A stretch of 42,047 nt of DNA from the NCBI GenBank assembly GCA_964250705.1, contig CAXUHC010000002.1, positions 1 through 42,047 on the forward strand. The letters run 5' to 3'. How positions within the stretch are numbered: the first letter of the stretch is position 1; every line of letters starts with the position of its first letter. This stretch comes from an uncultured Chthoniobacterales bacterium. GTDB taxonomy: Bacteria; Verrucomicrobiota; Verrucomicrobiia; Chthoniobacterales; SZAS-18. Shown piece after piece: positions 1-8,582 of the stretch. The translations under genes were made by a program, and so were the position numbers. The notes under the pieces are model-generated. The model did no database searches and was not told the origin of the DNA. It saw only the letters and a list, made by a program, of their open reading frames with translations.

Positions 1-145
1 CGGTTTTATCCAGATCGACGCGGCGATAGCCGGGCGTTTCGACGTTGGCGATGTTGCCAGCCAACGCTTCCTGACGTTGGGAAGTCATGTCCAGCATCTG
101 CTTCACGGCCTGGTAACTGCCGCCGGAGAAAATCTGGTCGATCAT
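1..145 (-). CDS. flgB: Flagellar basal-body rod protein FlgB, 5' part (runs off the window start)
   Basis: Not in the ORF track. Manual translation from ATG 145 gives MIDQIFSGGSYQAVKQMLDMTSQRQEALAGNIANVETPGYRRVDLDKT, with the rod-protein N-terminal motif NIANxxTPGY. Confidence 0.85.
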   Translation of the reverse strand, partial: MIDQIFSGGSYQAVKQMLDMTSQRQEALAGNIANVETPGYRRVDLDKT

Positions 146-159
146 GATGCCGCTCCTTT

Positions 160-175
160 AGCAACGAACGTGCCA
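160..175 (-). promoter_or_regulatory. sigma54 (-24/-12) promoter of flgB
   Basis: Minus strand reads TGGCACGTTCGTTGCT, an exact match to TGGCAC-N5-TTGCW, ending 14 nt upstream of the flgB ATG. Confidence 0.9.
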
Positions 176-247
176 TCGGCAAATTACCAATTCACAAGCT
201 ACTCGCTACTAGAAGGATATGAGATTACTCCTCCCGCATCCGGGCTT

Positions 248-318
248 GGCGGAGTTTACCGGGCGGCATTTCCTGCCGGGTACGCTCGGCGTCAAAAGAA
301 GGAGCGGAAAGTTTTTCC
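248..318. promoter_or_regulatory. Cluster of 13-bp dyads (GGNA-N5-TNCC), probable enhancers for the sigma54 activator
   Basis: GGCGGAGTTTACC (248-260, one deviation), GGCATTTCCTGCC (265-277, extends to CGGCA-N5-TGCCG) and GGAAAGTTTTTCC (306-318), about 75-145 bp upstream of the flgB sigma54 promoter. Confidence 0.55.
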
Positions 319-348
319 CACGCTCCACACATGGGCGTGTTTGCGAGC

Positions 349-858
349 TTACGCCGTCCGCAAAGGCAGTTTGCTCCATTCAGCCGCCGCCGCGTGGGTC
401 GGGTCAACGGCCAGCACCGCTGTCGGCGTCACTTTCCCGGGCGCCACGGTCAATTCGTGGGTGAAATACAACTTTTCAATCAGCGCGCGAGTGTCGTCAG
501 ACACCTTCAACGTGTGCACCTCACCGCTGGCACTGCGCAGGGCGACGTTTCCGCTGGCGGACATCTCCACCTGCACCGGCTGCGCGGGATTGGCGGCGGC
601 CAGCGCGGTAGCGACTTCCGGGCTGCCGAGCACCTGGTTCATCAGGACTCCCTGCGTCTCTGCTGGCGTAGCGGCCGCCACCGCTGGAACAGCCGACGCC
701 GTGGAAGCCCCCTGAGTCTTCGCCAGTTCCGCATCGAAATCCTGTTCCGCCACCTTGGCAGCTTTGCGCACACCGTGCGGCTTTGAGAAGTGCTCGCTGA
801 TGCTGTCGATCACGTTGCCGGCCAGCGACGCCGCGGCGTTGATGAGGATGGGAGCCAT
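349..858 (-). CDS. Hypothetical protein (169 aa), probably flagellum-associated
   Basis: ATG-initiated ORF with GC-rich codon usage and its own sigma54 promoter, lying between the activator gene and flgB. No family recognised. Confidence 0.7.
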   Translation of the reverse strand: MAPILINAAASLAGNVIDSISEHFSKPHGVRKAAKVAEQDFDAELAKTQGASTASAVPAVAAATPAETQGVLMNQVLGSPEVATALAAANPAQPVQVEMSASGNVALRSASGEVHTLKVSDDTRALIEKLYFTHELTVAPGKVTPTAVLAVDPTHAAAAEWSKLPLRTA

Positions 859-873
859 AGGTCAACGCTGCTA

Positions 874-889
874 AGCAGCGGGCATGCCA
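874..889 (-). promoter_or_regulatory. sigma54 promoter of the 349..858 gene
   Basis: Minus strand reads TGGCATGCCCGCTGCT (GG-N10-GC), ending 15 nt upstream of ATG 858. Confidence 0.7.
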
Positions 890-898
890 CCGCTTCCG

Positions 899-2353
899 TC
901 ATGCCGCCGAGCGATGGATCGCAGCCTGAGTCTCTTCTTCGCTGCCTTCGATCCGGTACTGATGCAACTTGTTGCGCAGGGTCCGGATACTGATTTTGAG
1001 CAAATTCGCCGCCTGGGTCCGGTTGCCGCCGGTGTGCTCCAGCGCACGCAGGATATGCTGTTTCTCCATCTCGTCGAGCGATGGCAACGCTTCCGGCAAG
1101 ACCGAGACCGGGGTCGCTGACGGCACGGCTACAGGCCTTGGCACGTCGTCCGAGGATGGGAGTTCTTTTATCATTCCCCGCCCGGATGGGATGCCCTGCG
1201 GCAATCCGAGCATTTCCACGCTTACGACCGGTCCTTCCGCCAGGATCACCGCCCGCTCGACCAGGTTCTGTAATTCGCGGACGTTACCCGGCCAAGCGTA
1301 CCGGGCCAGTGCGTCAGCCGCCGCTTCGGAAAAGCCCTGCATTTTCGTCCCGTACCGCCGGGAAAGACGCTCCAAAAACCGATGGGCCAGTATGACCGCA
1401 TCCCCCTGGCGGTCCCGCAAGGGCGGTACTTTCAAGGGGAAAACGTTGAGCCGATAATACAGGTCTTCGCGAAAATCACCGTTCTCGACCGATTTCTGCA
1501 AATTCCGGTTGGTCGTCGCCAGCACGCGCACGTCTACCTGGATCGTCTTGTTGCCGCCGACCCGCTCGAACTCGCGTTCTTGCAGCACCCGCAGCAGTTT
1601 GGCCTGTACCTTGGGAGAGATTTCGCTGATCTCATCGAGCAGGATCGTGCCGCCGTGCGCCAGCTCGAACCGCCCTTCGCGGCGCTCGTTCGCACCGGTG
1701 AAGGCACCTTTCTCGTGCCCGAAAAATTCGCTTTCGATCAGCGTGTCGCTCACCGCCGCGCAGTTGACTTTGATGAATGGGGCCTGCGCCCGGCTGCTGG
1801 CCTTGAACAACTCGTTGGCAACGAGTTCCTTGCCCGTCCCGTTTTCCCCGTTGATCAACACGGTGGCGTCGGTCGGGGCCACCTTGGAGATCGTGGCGCG
1901 CAGGCGTACGATTTCCGGGCTGTCGCCCAGCAAAATACTGCCGTGAGCCTGTTCCTGGTTGAGATACTGGCTGACTTTGACGACCTGGCTGAACGCCTCC
2001 GCCTTCTCGACGATCATCATGATCTGACTGAGCGAAAATGGCTTGATGATGTAATCGAAAGCACCGGCGCGCATGCATTCCACGGCGGATTCGATGGAGC
2101 CGTGGCCGGTCATCATGATCACCGTCGGGCTGTCCGGCTGCTGTCCCAAGCGACGCAACAAATCCACGCCGCTGCCGTCCGGCAGGCGCACATCGGCAAA
2201 AATCAGGTCGTAACTCTCTTTGCGAAGATGATTTTCCGCCTCCGCCAAAGTGGATGCGCAAACCACGGAGTAACGCTTGCGGCGCAACTGTTCCTCCATG
2301 CTCTTTCGGATGATGAGTTCGTCGTCGAGGACGATGATCTTCTCGAAGCCCAT
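899..2353 (-). CDS. NtrC-family sigma54-dependent response regulator (REC-AAA+-HTH), flagellar FlgR/FleR/FlrC/FlbD type
   Basis: REC domain (LDDE...D...TG...KPF), Walker A GENGTGKE, intact GAFTGA, Walker B ILLDE, WPGNVREL and a Fis-type HTH (GGNRTQAANLLKISIRTLRNKL). Located in the flagellar cluster. Confidence 0.93.
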   Translation of the reverse strand: MGFEKIIVLDDELIIRKSMEEQLRRKRYSVVCASTLAEAENHLRKESYDLIFADVRLPDGSGVDLLRRLGQQPDSPTVIMMTGHGSIESAVECMRAGAFDYIIKPFSLSQIMMIVEKAEAFSQVVKVSQYLNQEQAHGSILLGDSPEIVRLRATISKVAPTDATVLINGENGTGKELVANELFKASSRAQAPFIKVNCAAVSDTLIESEFFGHEKGAFTGANERREGRFELAHGGTILLDEISEISPKVQAKLLRVLQEREFERVGGNKTIQVDVRVLATTNRNLQKSVENGDFREDLYYRLNVFPLKVPPLRDRQGDAVILAHRFLERLSRRYGTKMQGFSEAAADALARYAWPGNVRELQNLVERAVILAEGPVVSVEMLGLPQGIPSGRGMIKELPSSDDVPRPVAVPSATPVSVLPEALPSLDEMEKQHILRALEHTGGNRTQAANLLKISIRTLRNKLHQYRIEGSEEETQAAIHRSAA

Positions 2354-2653
2354 GAATAAAACAAAAAGTGTGGATCAGCCTCGCTGGCCGGTACTTTCCG
2401 GCTGGTTGCCGGGCGGGGACCGCCGTCGCGAAAACGGGGCAACGGTATTCCCTTACCGTTTCAGCATGAACCGAACCAACGACCGGAATCATTTGCCGGG
2501 TGACCGGCTTCACAGAACCAATCCCCTCTGACCGCCAAAATGCCCGCAGGCTTCCGGCCACGCTCCGGGGAGCGCAACGGGAAGCCTGTTTGGGCAGGGC
2601 CGGTCGTTTTTGAGAAACGGTCGCGGCCCGGAAGGACGCGGTCAAGCCAGCGA

Positions 2654-3466
2654 CTAACCGTTGAGGAGCTTGAGGGCAACCTGGCTGCTGCTGTTCGCCT
2701 GGGCGGTCATCGCCGTGCCCGCCTGGACAAGCACGTTGTACTTGGCGAACTGGGCGGACTCCTTGGCCACGTCCACGTCGGCGATGCGGCTGTTGGCGGC
2801 GGCGAGGTTGTTCGAGGTGTTCGTCAACTGGGTCGAGGCGTACTGCAAGCGGCTGCTCTCGGCACCGTTCTGGGCGCGGGAAGAAGCAACGTTGGTGATC
2901 GCACCGGTCGCGTCGGTCGTTGCCAGGCTGGCGAGATCGGTCGCGGCGGTGATGGACGAGACGTTGTTGGCCAGCGTGGATTTGCTGATGTTGACCGTCT
3001 GGGTGCCGTCTTCGGACGTGCCAACCGCGAGCGTCGAGGCGGTCGCGCCGGAAGAAAACATGTCGACGCCGTTGAACTTTTCGCTCGAAAGGCTGGTGAG
3101 CTGTGCCTTGAGGGCCGTGAATTCCTTGTTGTAGTCGGCAACGTCGTCGCTGCTCTTGGTCACGTCGCTCGAGAGCGTCTTGAGTTCGTTGATACGGTCG
3201 AGGACCTGGCCCGCCGTGTCGAGCGCGCCGTCCTGCGTTTGCAGGAAGCTGACCGCGTTGGCGACGTTGGTGTTGGCTGCGTCGGCGCGTTTGATGGAGG
3301 CTTCCATCTTCATGGAGACCGCCAAACCGCCCGCGTCGTCGGCGGGACTGACGATGCGCTTGCCGCTGGAAAGACGGTTCAAGCTTTTCTGGAGCATGGC
3401 ATTGGCGTTGCCGAGGTTGGTGGCGGCCTGGTTCGCGGCGACGTTGGTATTGATGACAACTGACAT
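2654..3466 (-). CDS. fliC: Flagellin (short, 270 aa, essentially D0/D1 only)
   Basis: N-terminal INTN...RLSSGKRIVSPADDAGGLAVS and C-terminal SRIADVDVAKESAQFAKYNVLVQAGTAMTAQAN flagellin motifs. Confidence 0.97.
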   Translation of the reverse strand: MSVVINTNVAANQAATNLGNANAMLQKSLNRLSSGKRIVSPADDAGGLAVSMKMEASIKRADAANTNVANAVSFLQTQDGALDTAGQVLDRINELKTLSSDVTKSSDDVADYNKEFTALKAQLTSLSSEKFNGVDMFSSGATASTLAVGTSEDGTQTVNISKSTLANNVSSITAATDLASLATTDATGAITNVASSRAQNGAESSRLQYASTQLTNTSNNLAAANSRIADVDVAKESAQFAKYNVLVQAGTAMTAQANSSSQVALKLLNG

Positions 3467-3476
3467 GGTAGGTAGG

Positions 3477-3524
3477 GTCCTTGGAGTGTGGTGGTTGGGT
3501 TGAAGGCGGCGTCCTTACCGCCTT
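3477..3524 (-). promoter_or_regulatory. Putative CsrA/RsmA-binding sites in the flagellin 5' UTR
   Basis: mRNA-sense hairpin AAGGCGG-UAAGGACG-CCGCCUU (3524-3503) with AAGGA in the loop, plus a second AAGGAC (3482-3477) at the Shine-Dalgarno position. Confidence 0.55.
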
Positions 3525-3557
3525 TTGGCGCAGGGTTGTGTGACCGCGTACTTCTTC

Positions 3558-3584
3558 TCATCGGTCAGCCCGAAAATCTCTTTA
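3558..3584 (-). promoter_or_regulatory. sigma28 (FliA) promoter of fliC
   Basis: TAAA-N15-ACCGATGA, compared with consensus TAAA-N15-GCCGATAA. Confidence 0.85.
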
Positions 3585-3620
3585 GCAAAAAGTTGAGAAT
3601 TTCTATTCGCCGATGATTTC

Positions 3621-5519
3621 TCACTGGCAATACGTTCGCCACATTCCCCGGAACGCGTCTTCGAGATCGTGCGAGAACTGCTTCGCATCACAGAGCGACG
3701 ATGCCCGCATCTTGCCGCGCAGATCGTTCCGCATCTGCGAGAGCGTCGCCAAATCGCCTGCGCGCCGTGCCGCCTGTTCCACGTAGTCGTCTTCGGTGGA
3801 GGCAATCCAATCTTCGAGTCCGACCCGGGTCAGCAAGCTGGCTCCCACCCTTGACACGTGCGCGTCGCCGCGCAGGCTCAGCACGGGCACTCCCATCCAC
3901 ATCGCCTCGCAGGTGGTCGTGGTGCCGTGGTACGGAAACGTGTCCAGCGCGATGTCCATCCGGTCGTACAGCCGCAGATGGTCGGGACGCGTTTTCGCCC
4001 AGTGCAAAAACTCGACGCGCGCGGGGTCGATGCCTTGCGCGGCGAACATGGCTTGGTAACGGTCGGCGATCACCGCATCCGGCAGCGATTTGAGCACCAG
4101 CCGCGAGCCGTCAACCGCGTCCAGGACACGCGCCCACAAAGCCACGAGCGGCGGGGAAATCTTTTGCACGGTGTTGAACGAGCCGAACGTCACGAATCCG
4201 TTTGCCAGCGCGGGCAATGGGCCGACTTCCAGCGAGACTCCCTCGCAACCGTCACCCGGCCCACCCTCGCCCGGACGCCCGAAACAGAGGAAACCATTAG
4301 GCAGCCGCACGATGGTTTCCGTGCTGAGTTCGTCCGCCTCTCCAGGCGGTTCGACGATAGCATCGCTCAGACGGTAATCCATAGCCTCCAGTCCGGTCGT
4401 CTGAGGATAGCCCAGCCAGGCGACCTGGACGGGTGCGGGCCGCCGCGCGAACACCAGCAAGCGTCCGTCGCCGGTGTGCCCGGCGAGGTCCACGAGAATG
4501 TCGATGCCGTCGGTCCGAATCTGCGCGGCGACCTCCTCGTCACTATGCCCCGCAACCAGACGCCAATGTTCGCTGGCGGCTTGCAGAGCGTGGGTGGTCT
4601 CATCCACCAAGATCGAGTTCGCATAACAAAACACCTCGACCTGCTGCCGGTCGTGGGCGCGGAGCACCGGCAACAAAAAATGCGCAACGGAATGCCGGAA
4701 AAGATTGGGAGACACGTAGCCGATGCGCAGCCGCCGTGCGGGGTCGCGTGGGTTTGCATGCACTCGCCCGCCACCCGCGGGCCGTAACCGTGCCCCGTGC
4801 CGCTGGCCCCACTCCCGATGCGCGGCGGCCACCTCACGCGCGCTCAGGTCAGCGCGGTAGTTCAGGGCGGCGACCCGCCGCGAATGCGCGTGCGGCAGCG
4901 AGGGGTTGAGATTCAAAGCCCGGGCAAAGGCAAGGTCCGCTTCGGCGACGTGCCCCGTCTTGAACAGCGCGCCTCCCAGCATGAGATAACCACGCGCGTC
5001 TGCCGGTCGCAGACGTAATGCCGCGAGGTATTGCTCCACGGCGGCGTCGAGTTGGCCCAACCGCTCCAGGCAAAGTCCGAGCGTCAACCGCGCCTCGGGG
5101 GCATCCGGCCGCAGGCTGATCGCCAAGCGTAGAGCCTGCGCTCCCTCAGCGGGCCGCACCAGTTCGCACAACAAAGTGCCTAGATGTGAGAGCGCGTCAA
5201 ACGATTGTCGGTCCAGATCGGCGGCACGGAGATAGGCAAGGACAGCCTCGGATTTTTTTCCGAGCTGACGCCAGGCGTCGCCGAGATCATAATAGTATAG
5301 AAAGACATCCTTTTTCAGGGCAATGGCGGCTTTGAACCGTTCGACCGCCTTGGAATAATCCCCTCTCTGAGACGCGATGACGCCCAATCCGTGCTCGGCG
5401 TCGCTCCGGGTCGGGTCGTCGCGCAGAGCGCGCTGGTAGAACCGGGCGGCGCGGTCCAGGCGTCCGGCCCGATGCAGGCGGATGGCCTGCTGCAAAAGTG
5501 AGGAAGAGGTGGCAACCAT
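3621..5519 (-). CDS. TPR-repeat GT41 (SPINDLY/OGT-like) protein O-glycosyltransferase
   Basis: About six N-terminal TPRs followed by GT41 catalytic motifs RLRIGYVS..HSV, DILVDLAGHT, PAPVQVAWLGYPQTTG, TFGSFNTVQK and DIALDTFPYHGTTTTCEAMWMGVPV. Start taken at ATG 5519. Confidence 0.92.
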   Translation of the reverse strand: MVATSSSLLQQAIRLHRAGRLDRAARFYQRALRDDPTRSDAEHGLGVIASQRGDYSKAVERFKAAIALKKDVFLYYYDLGDAWRQLGKKSEAVLAYLRAADLDRQSFDALSHLGTLLCELVRPAEGAQALRLAISLRPDAPEARLTLGLCLERLGQLDAAVEQYLAALRLRPADARGYLMLGGALFKTGHVAEADLAFARALNLNPSLPHAHSRRVAALNYRADLSAREVAAAHREWGQRHGARLRPAGGGRVHANPRDPARRLRIGYVSPNLFRHSVAHFLLPVLRAHDRQQVEVFCYANSILVDETTHALQAASEHWRLVAGHSDEEVAAQIRTDGIDILVDLAGHTGDGRLLVFARRPAPVQVAWLGYPQTTGLEAMDYRLSDAIVEPPGEADELSTETIVRLPNGFLCFGRPGEGGPGDGCEGVSLEVGPLPALANGFVTFGSFNTVQKISPPLVALWARVLDAVDGSRLVLKSLPDAVIADRYQAMFAAQGIDPARVEFLHWAKTRPDHLRLYDRMDIALDTFPYHGTTTTCEAMWMGVPVLSLRGDAHVSRVGASLLTRVGLEDWIASTEDDYVEQAARRAGDLATLSQMRNDLRGKMRASSLCDAKQFSHDLEDAFRGMWRTYCQ

Positions 5520-5683
5520 CGCATTGCTTCTGAGCACCGACCGTGCTCACCGCAGAAAAAATACGATTCAGTCTCCCCAGTTCCCCGTGTTTCTCTGTGT
5601 TGGACCCCTGGCGTTTCCCCTGTCTATCTGACGCACGAAATTTGCTCTTTTCCGTCATACATGGCCGGGCCCCGACTTTTTCC

Positions 5684-5710
5684 TCAACTTTCCGGCGCCC
5701 GTGCCGATGA
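5684..5710 (+). promoter_or_regulatory. sigma28 promoter of fliD
   Basis: TCAA-N15-GCCGATGA, 42 nt upstream of ATG 5753. Confidence 0.8.
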
Positions 5711-5752
5711 ATCTTGCGGGACGTTTCACCGAAGCACCGTCTTTCCGCATCC

Positions 5753-7486
5753 ATGAGCACTATTCAACTGGCAGGTTTGTCGTCCGGCGTCGATTGGACC
5801 ACCCTCGTCACCCAAATCGTCAACGCCGACCGCGTGCCGGAAACGGCGATGAAGAACGAGCAGTCGACGATTGCCAGTAAGCTCAGTGCGTTTACCAGTT
5901 TGAAGGGGCAATTCACCGACCTGCAAACCGCGATCACCGCGCTGCAAAACAAAAGCTTGTTCACCGCGCACGGCACCACGCTGAGCAATGCTTCGCTCGG
6001 GTGGACCGCGACGGCGGGAGCCAATACGCCTAACAACAGCTACAACGTCGCCGTCACCCAGTTGGCGACCGCCGCCGCCCGGCAGGGAGCAGGCAGCGTG
6101 GGCCGGGGCCTGAGCGCGACGAGCGATGTCAGCGGCGTAACGGTGGCGACCATGCCCACCGCAACCGCCGTGACCGCCGGAAACTTCCAGGTCAACGGCG
6201 CGACGGTCGCCGTGGCTGCAACCGATTCGCTCCAGGACGTTTTCAACAAGATCAGCGCCGCTACAAACGGCGCGGTCACCGGCAGCTACGACCCGGCCAC
6301 CGACAAGGTGACGATGCAAAGCACCAACGGCGGCCCCGTCGTGCTCGGCGCATCCAACGACACGAGCAATTTCCTGACGGCCCTCAAACTCTCCAACAAC
6401 GGCACGGGCAGCGTCAGTTCGTCGGGCGACCTCGGCGCGACGCAACTCAACAAGCCGCTCAGCCAGGCGCATCTCAGCGCGCCGATTGGCAACACCGACC
6501 CCAGCGGCAACGGCAGCTTCCAGGTCAACGGCGTCGCGGTTTCCTACAACGTCAACACGGACAGCATGCAGTCGATCCTCAACCGGATCAACAGCTCCTC
6601 CGCCGGGGTGACCGCCGCCTACGACGTTTCCAACGACCGGTTCACCATTACCAACAAGACCACCGGCGACCTCGGGCTTTCGTTGACCGAAGCGAGCGGT
6701 GGGCTGCTCGACGCGATGGGCATGGGCAGCGGCAGCAGCGCCACCAACGTCAGCGGCAAGGACGCGCATTACACCGTCAACGGCGGGTCTGACACCGTCA
6801 GCCACGGCAACACGTTCACGGACGCGGGCAGCGGCCTGAGCATCACGGCCACGAGCATCGGCACGCAGAGTGTTTCCGTCAGCAGTGACAGCAGCGGCGC
6901 GATGACGGCCATCAACAATTTCCTCAACAGCTTCAACAAGATTCAATCCGCCATCGCCGCGCAGACGAAGATCACGGTGGGCACGGACAACAAGGTCAGC
7001 ACGGCCCTGTTCGCGGGAAACCACGAAGTTTCCGCCATCGGGAGCAGCTTGCGCCAGATGGCGTTTTCGTCGGTGTCCAGTCAGAACGGCGCTTCGGTCT
7101 CACGCTTGCAGGATCTTGGCATTGACTTTACGCCCGGGACTTCGACCCTCGCCATCAAAGACCCCACCAAGCTCGCGAATGCGTTGGCCACCAAGGGATC
7201 GGACGTCGCGAACCTCTTTCAAAACAGCACGAACGGCCTGACGATGCAGTTGGCCGGCTTCATCACGAAGACCACGGGCACGAGCGGCACCATCGCCACG
7301 CAGACCACCACGCTCAACAAACGGACGGCGTCCATCACCAGCCAGATCGCCGCGCTAGAACGCAAACTCACTGCCGAACAGAATGCGCTGACTGCGGGAT
7401 TCACCGCGATGGAAAAAGCCCAAGCTACGATCAAAACGCAGTCCGCCACGCTCACTAACGCCTTCACCAAGAACACTTCGTCTTAG
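5753..7486 (+). CDS. fliD: Flagellar filament cap protein FliD (HAP2)
   Basis: N-terminus MSTIQLAGLSSGVDWTTLVTQIV, VTQLATAA, GKDAHYTVNG, LQDLGI and a C-terminal coiled coil ending ...LTAGFTAMEKA. Confidence 0.93.
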   Translation: MSTIQLAGLSSGVDWTTLVTQIVNADRVPETAMKNEQSTIASKLSAFTSLKGQFTDLQTAITALQNKSLFTAHGTTLSNASLGWTATAGANTPNNSYNVAVTQLATAAARQGAGSVGRGLSATSDVSGVTVATMPTATAVTAGNFQVNGATVAVAATDSLQDVFNKISAATNGAVTGSYDPATDKVTMQSTNGGPVVLGASNDTSNFLTALKLSNNGTGSVSSSGDLGATQLNKPLSQAHLSAPIGNTDPSGNGSFQVNGVAVSYNVNTDSMQSILNRINSSSAGVTAAYDVSNDRFTITNKTTGDLGLSLTEASGGLLDAMGMGSGSSATNVSGKDAHYTVNGGSDTVSHGNTFTDAGSGLSITATSIGTQSVSVSSDSSGAMTAINNFLNSFNKIQSAIAAQTKITVGTDNKVSTALFAGNHEVSAIGSSLRQMAFSSVSSQNGASVSRLQDLGIDFTPGTSTLAIKDPTKLANALATKGSDVANLFQNSTNGLTMQLAGFITKTTGTSGTIATQTTTLNKRTASITSQIAALERKLTAEQNALTAGFTAMEKAQATIKTQSATLTNAFTKNTSS

Positions 7487-7488
7487 TC

Positions 7489-8145
7489 ATGAACCGTTTG
7501 TTTTTGATCGGTGTCCTGTCCGCCACCCTGACTCTCGCCGGTTGCATCGACGGGGTGGATAAGTCGCCGAAATATCCGCAAGGCGCGGGGTTCGTCCCGC
7601 ACAACGTGTACCGCCCGAACGAGGTGCTGAGGCTGCGCCGCGTCGCGCTGCTGCCACCTTATGACACGTTCGCGGGCACCGACCGGCGGCAGGATCTGGA
7701 CCGGGATTTCGCCACCGAACTCAGCGCGCTGAATCACTTCGAGGTGGTGCCGATCAGCCGCAATGAACTCGTCGCACTCTGCGGCCGCGACCAGATCAAC
7801 TCCACCGAACCGCTGCCACCCCGGCTCGCGGCAGCCCTGCGCGGCGAGTATGCGGCGGATGCCGTGATGTTCGTAGACATCACGCAGGACGATCCCTACC
7901 GGCCCATCACCCTCGGGGTGCGTGCCAAGCTCGTGGATGCGCGCGGCAGCCTGGCGATCCTCTGGTCGTGCGACGCGGTGTTCAACGCGGGAAACCCGGC
8001 GGTGGCCGCGTCCGCGCGCCGTTTCCAGCTCGACGCCGGGCGGCAGGAATTCCCCGCCGATCAGGACGGCGGCTCCGTGCTGTTGAGCCCGGCCCGTTTT
8101 GCCCGCTACGCCGCCAACGCCACGTTCGCCACCGTGCCGCGCTGA
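7489..8145 (+). CDS. Uncharacterised lipoprotein (alpha/beta fold suggestive of CsgG/PelC/FlgO-like proteins)
   Basis: Signal peptide with lipobox LAG-C, then RRVALLP...ADAVMFVDIT...LGVRAKLVD..G..LWS. Starts 2 nt after the fliD stop. Confidence 0.75.
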   Translation: MNRLFLIGVLSATLTLAGCIDGVDKSPKYPQGAGFVPHNVYRPNEVLRLRRVALLPPYDTFAGTDRRQDLDRDFATELSALNHFEVVPISRNELVALCGRDQINSTEPLPPRLAAALRGEYAADAVMFVDITQDDPYRPITLGVRAKLVDARGSLAILWSCDAVFNAGNPAVAASARRFQLDAGRQEFPADQDGGSVLLSPARFARYAANATFATVPR

Positions 8146-8173
8146 AACCCTCCCCGATTTTCCAATTTCCCGC

Positions 8174-8200
8174 TCAAGCCCGGCCTGATTCGTCCGATGT
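8174..8200 (+). promoter_or_regulatory. sigma28 promoter of the flgM-like/fliS operon
   Basis: TCAA-N15-TCCGATGT, 26 nt upstream of ATG 8227. Confidence 0.65.
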
Positions 8201-8226
8201 CATTGTTCTAACCCGCTGTCCTCGCC

Positions 8227-8559
8227 ATGCAAATCCCAAGCGTCCCACCTTTCCAGCCGCCGGTCCGGCCGACGAAACCCTCCAGCGCCGGTAACGTGAC
8301 CCGGCCGCAGGAAAATGCGCCGGTCGATAGCGCCAGCCGTCCGACCGAATCCCATTCGTTCTCGAACGACCCGTTCGTCGCCAGCGCCTACGAGCCGATT
8401 CATCAAGCTATGAACGACCTCCCCGACTCACGCGCCGACGTGGTGGCGCGCGGCAAGGCCCTCATCGCAGATTCCACCTACCCGGCGCTCAAGATCATCA
8501 GCAAACTGGCCGATATCTTCATCGCAGACGCGCAAGCTTCTCTTGTCGGCGACCATTGA
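8227..8559 (+). CDS. Divergent FlgM-like anti-sigma28 factor
   Basis: 110 aa with a disordered Pro/Ser-rich N-terminus. C-terminal LPDSRADVVARGKALIADSTYP resembles the FlgM motif PDVRxEKVxxLKxxIxxGxY. Has a sigma28 promoter. Confidence 0.55.
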   Translation: MQIPSVPPFQPPVRPTKPSSAGNVTRPQENAPVDSASRPTESHSFSNDPFVASAYEPIHQAMNDLPDSRADVVARGKALIADSTYPALKIISKLADIFIADAQASLVGDH

Positions 8560-8582
8560 TCTTCTTCCACTCCTCTGACCCC

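Noticed and set aside
5631-5646. sigma54-like ACGCACGAAATTTGCT upstream of fliD
   Set aside because: Lacks the invariant GG at -25/-24, and a good sigma28 promoter already explains fliD.
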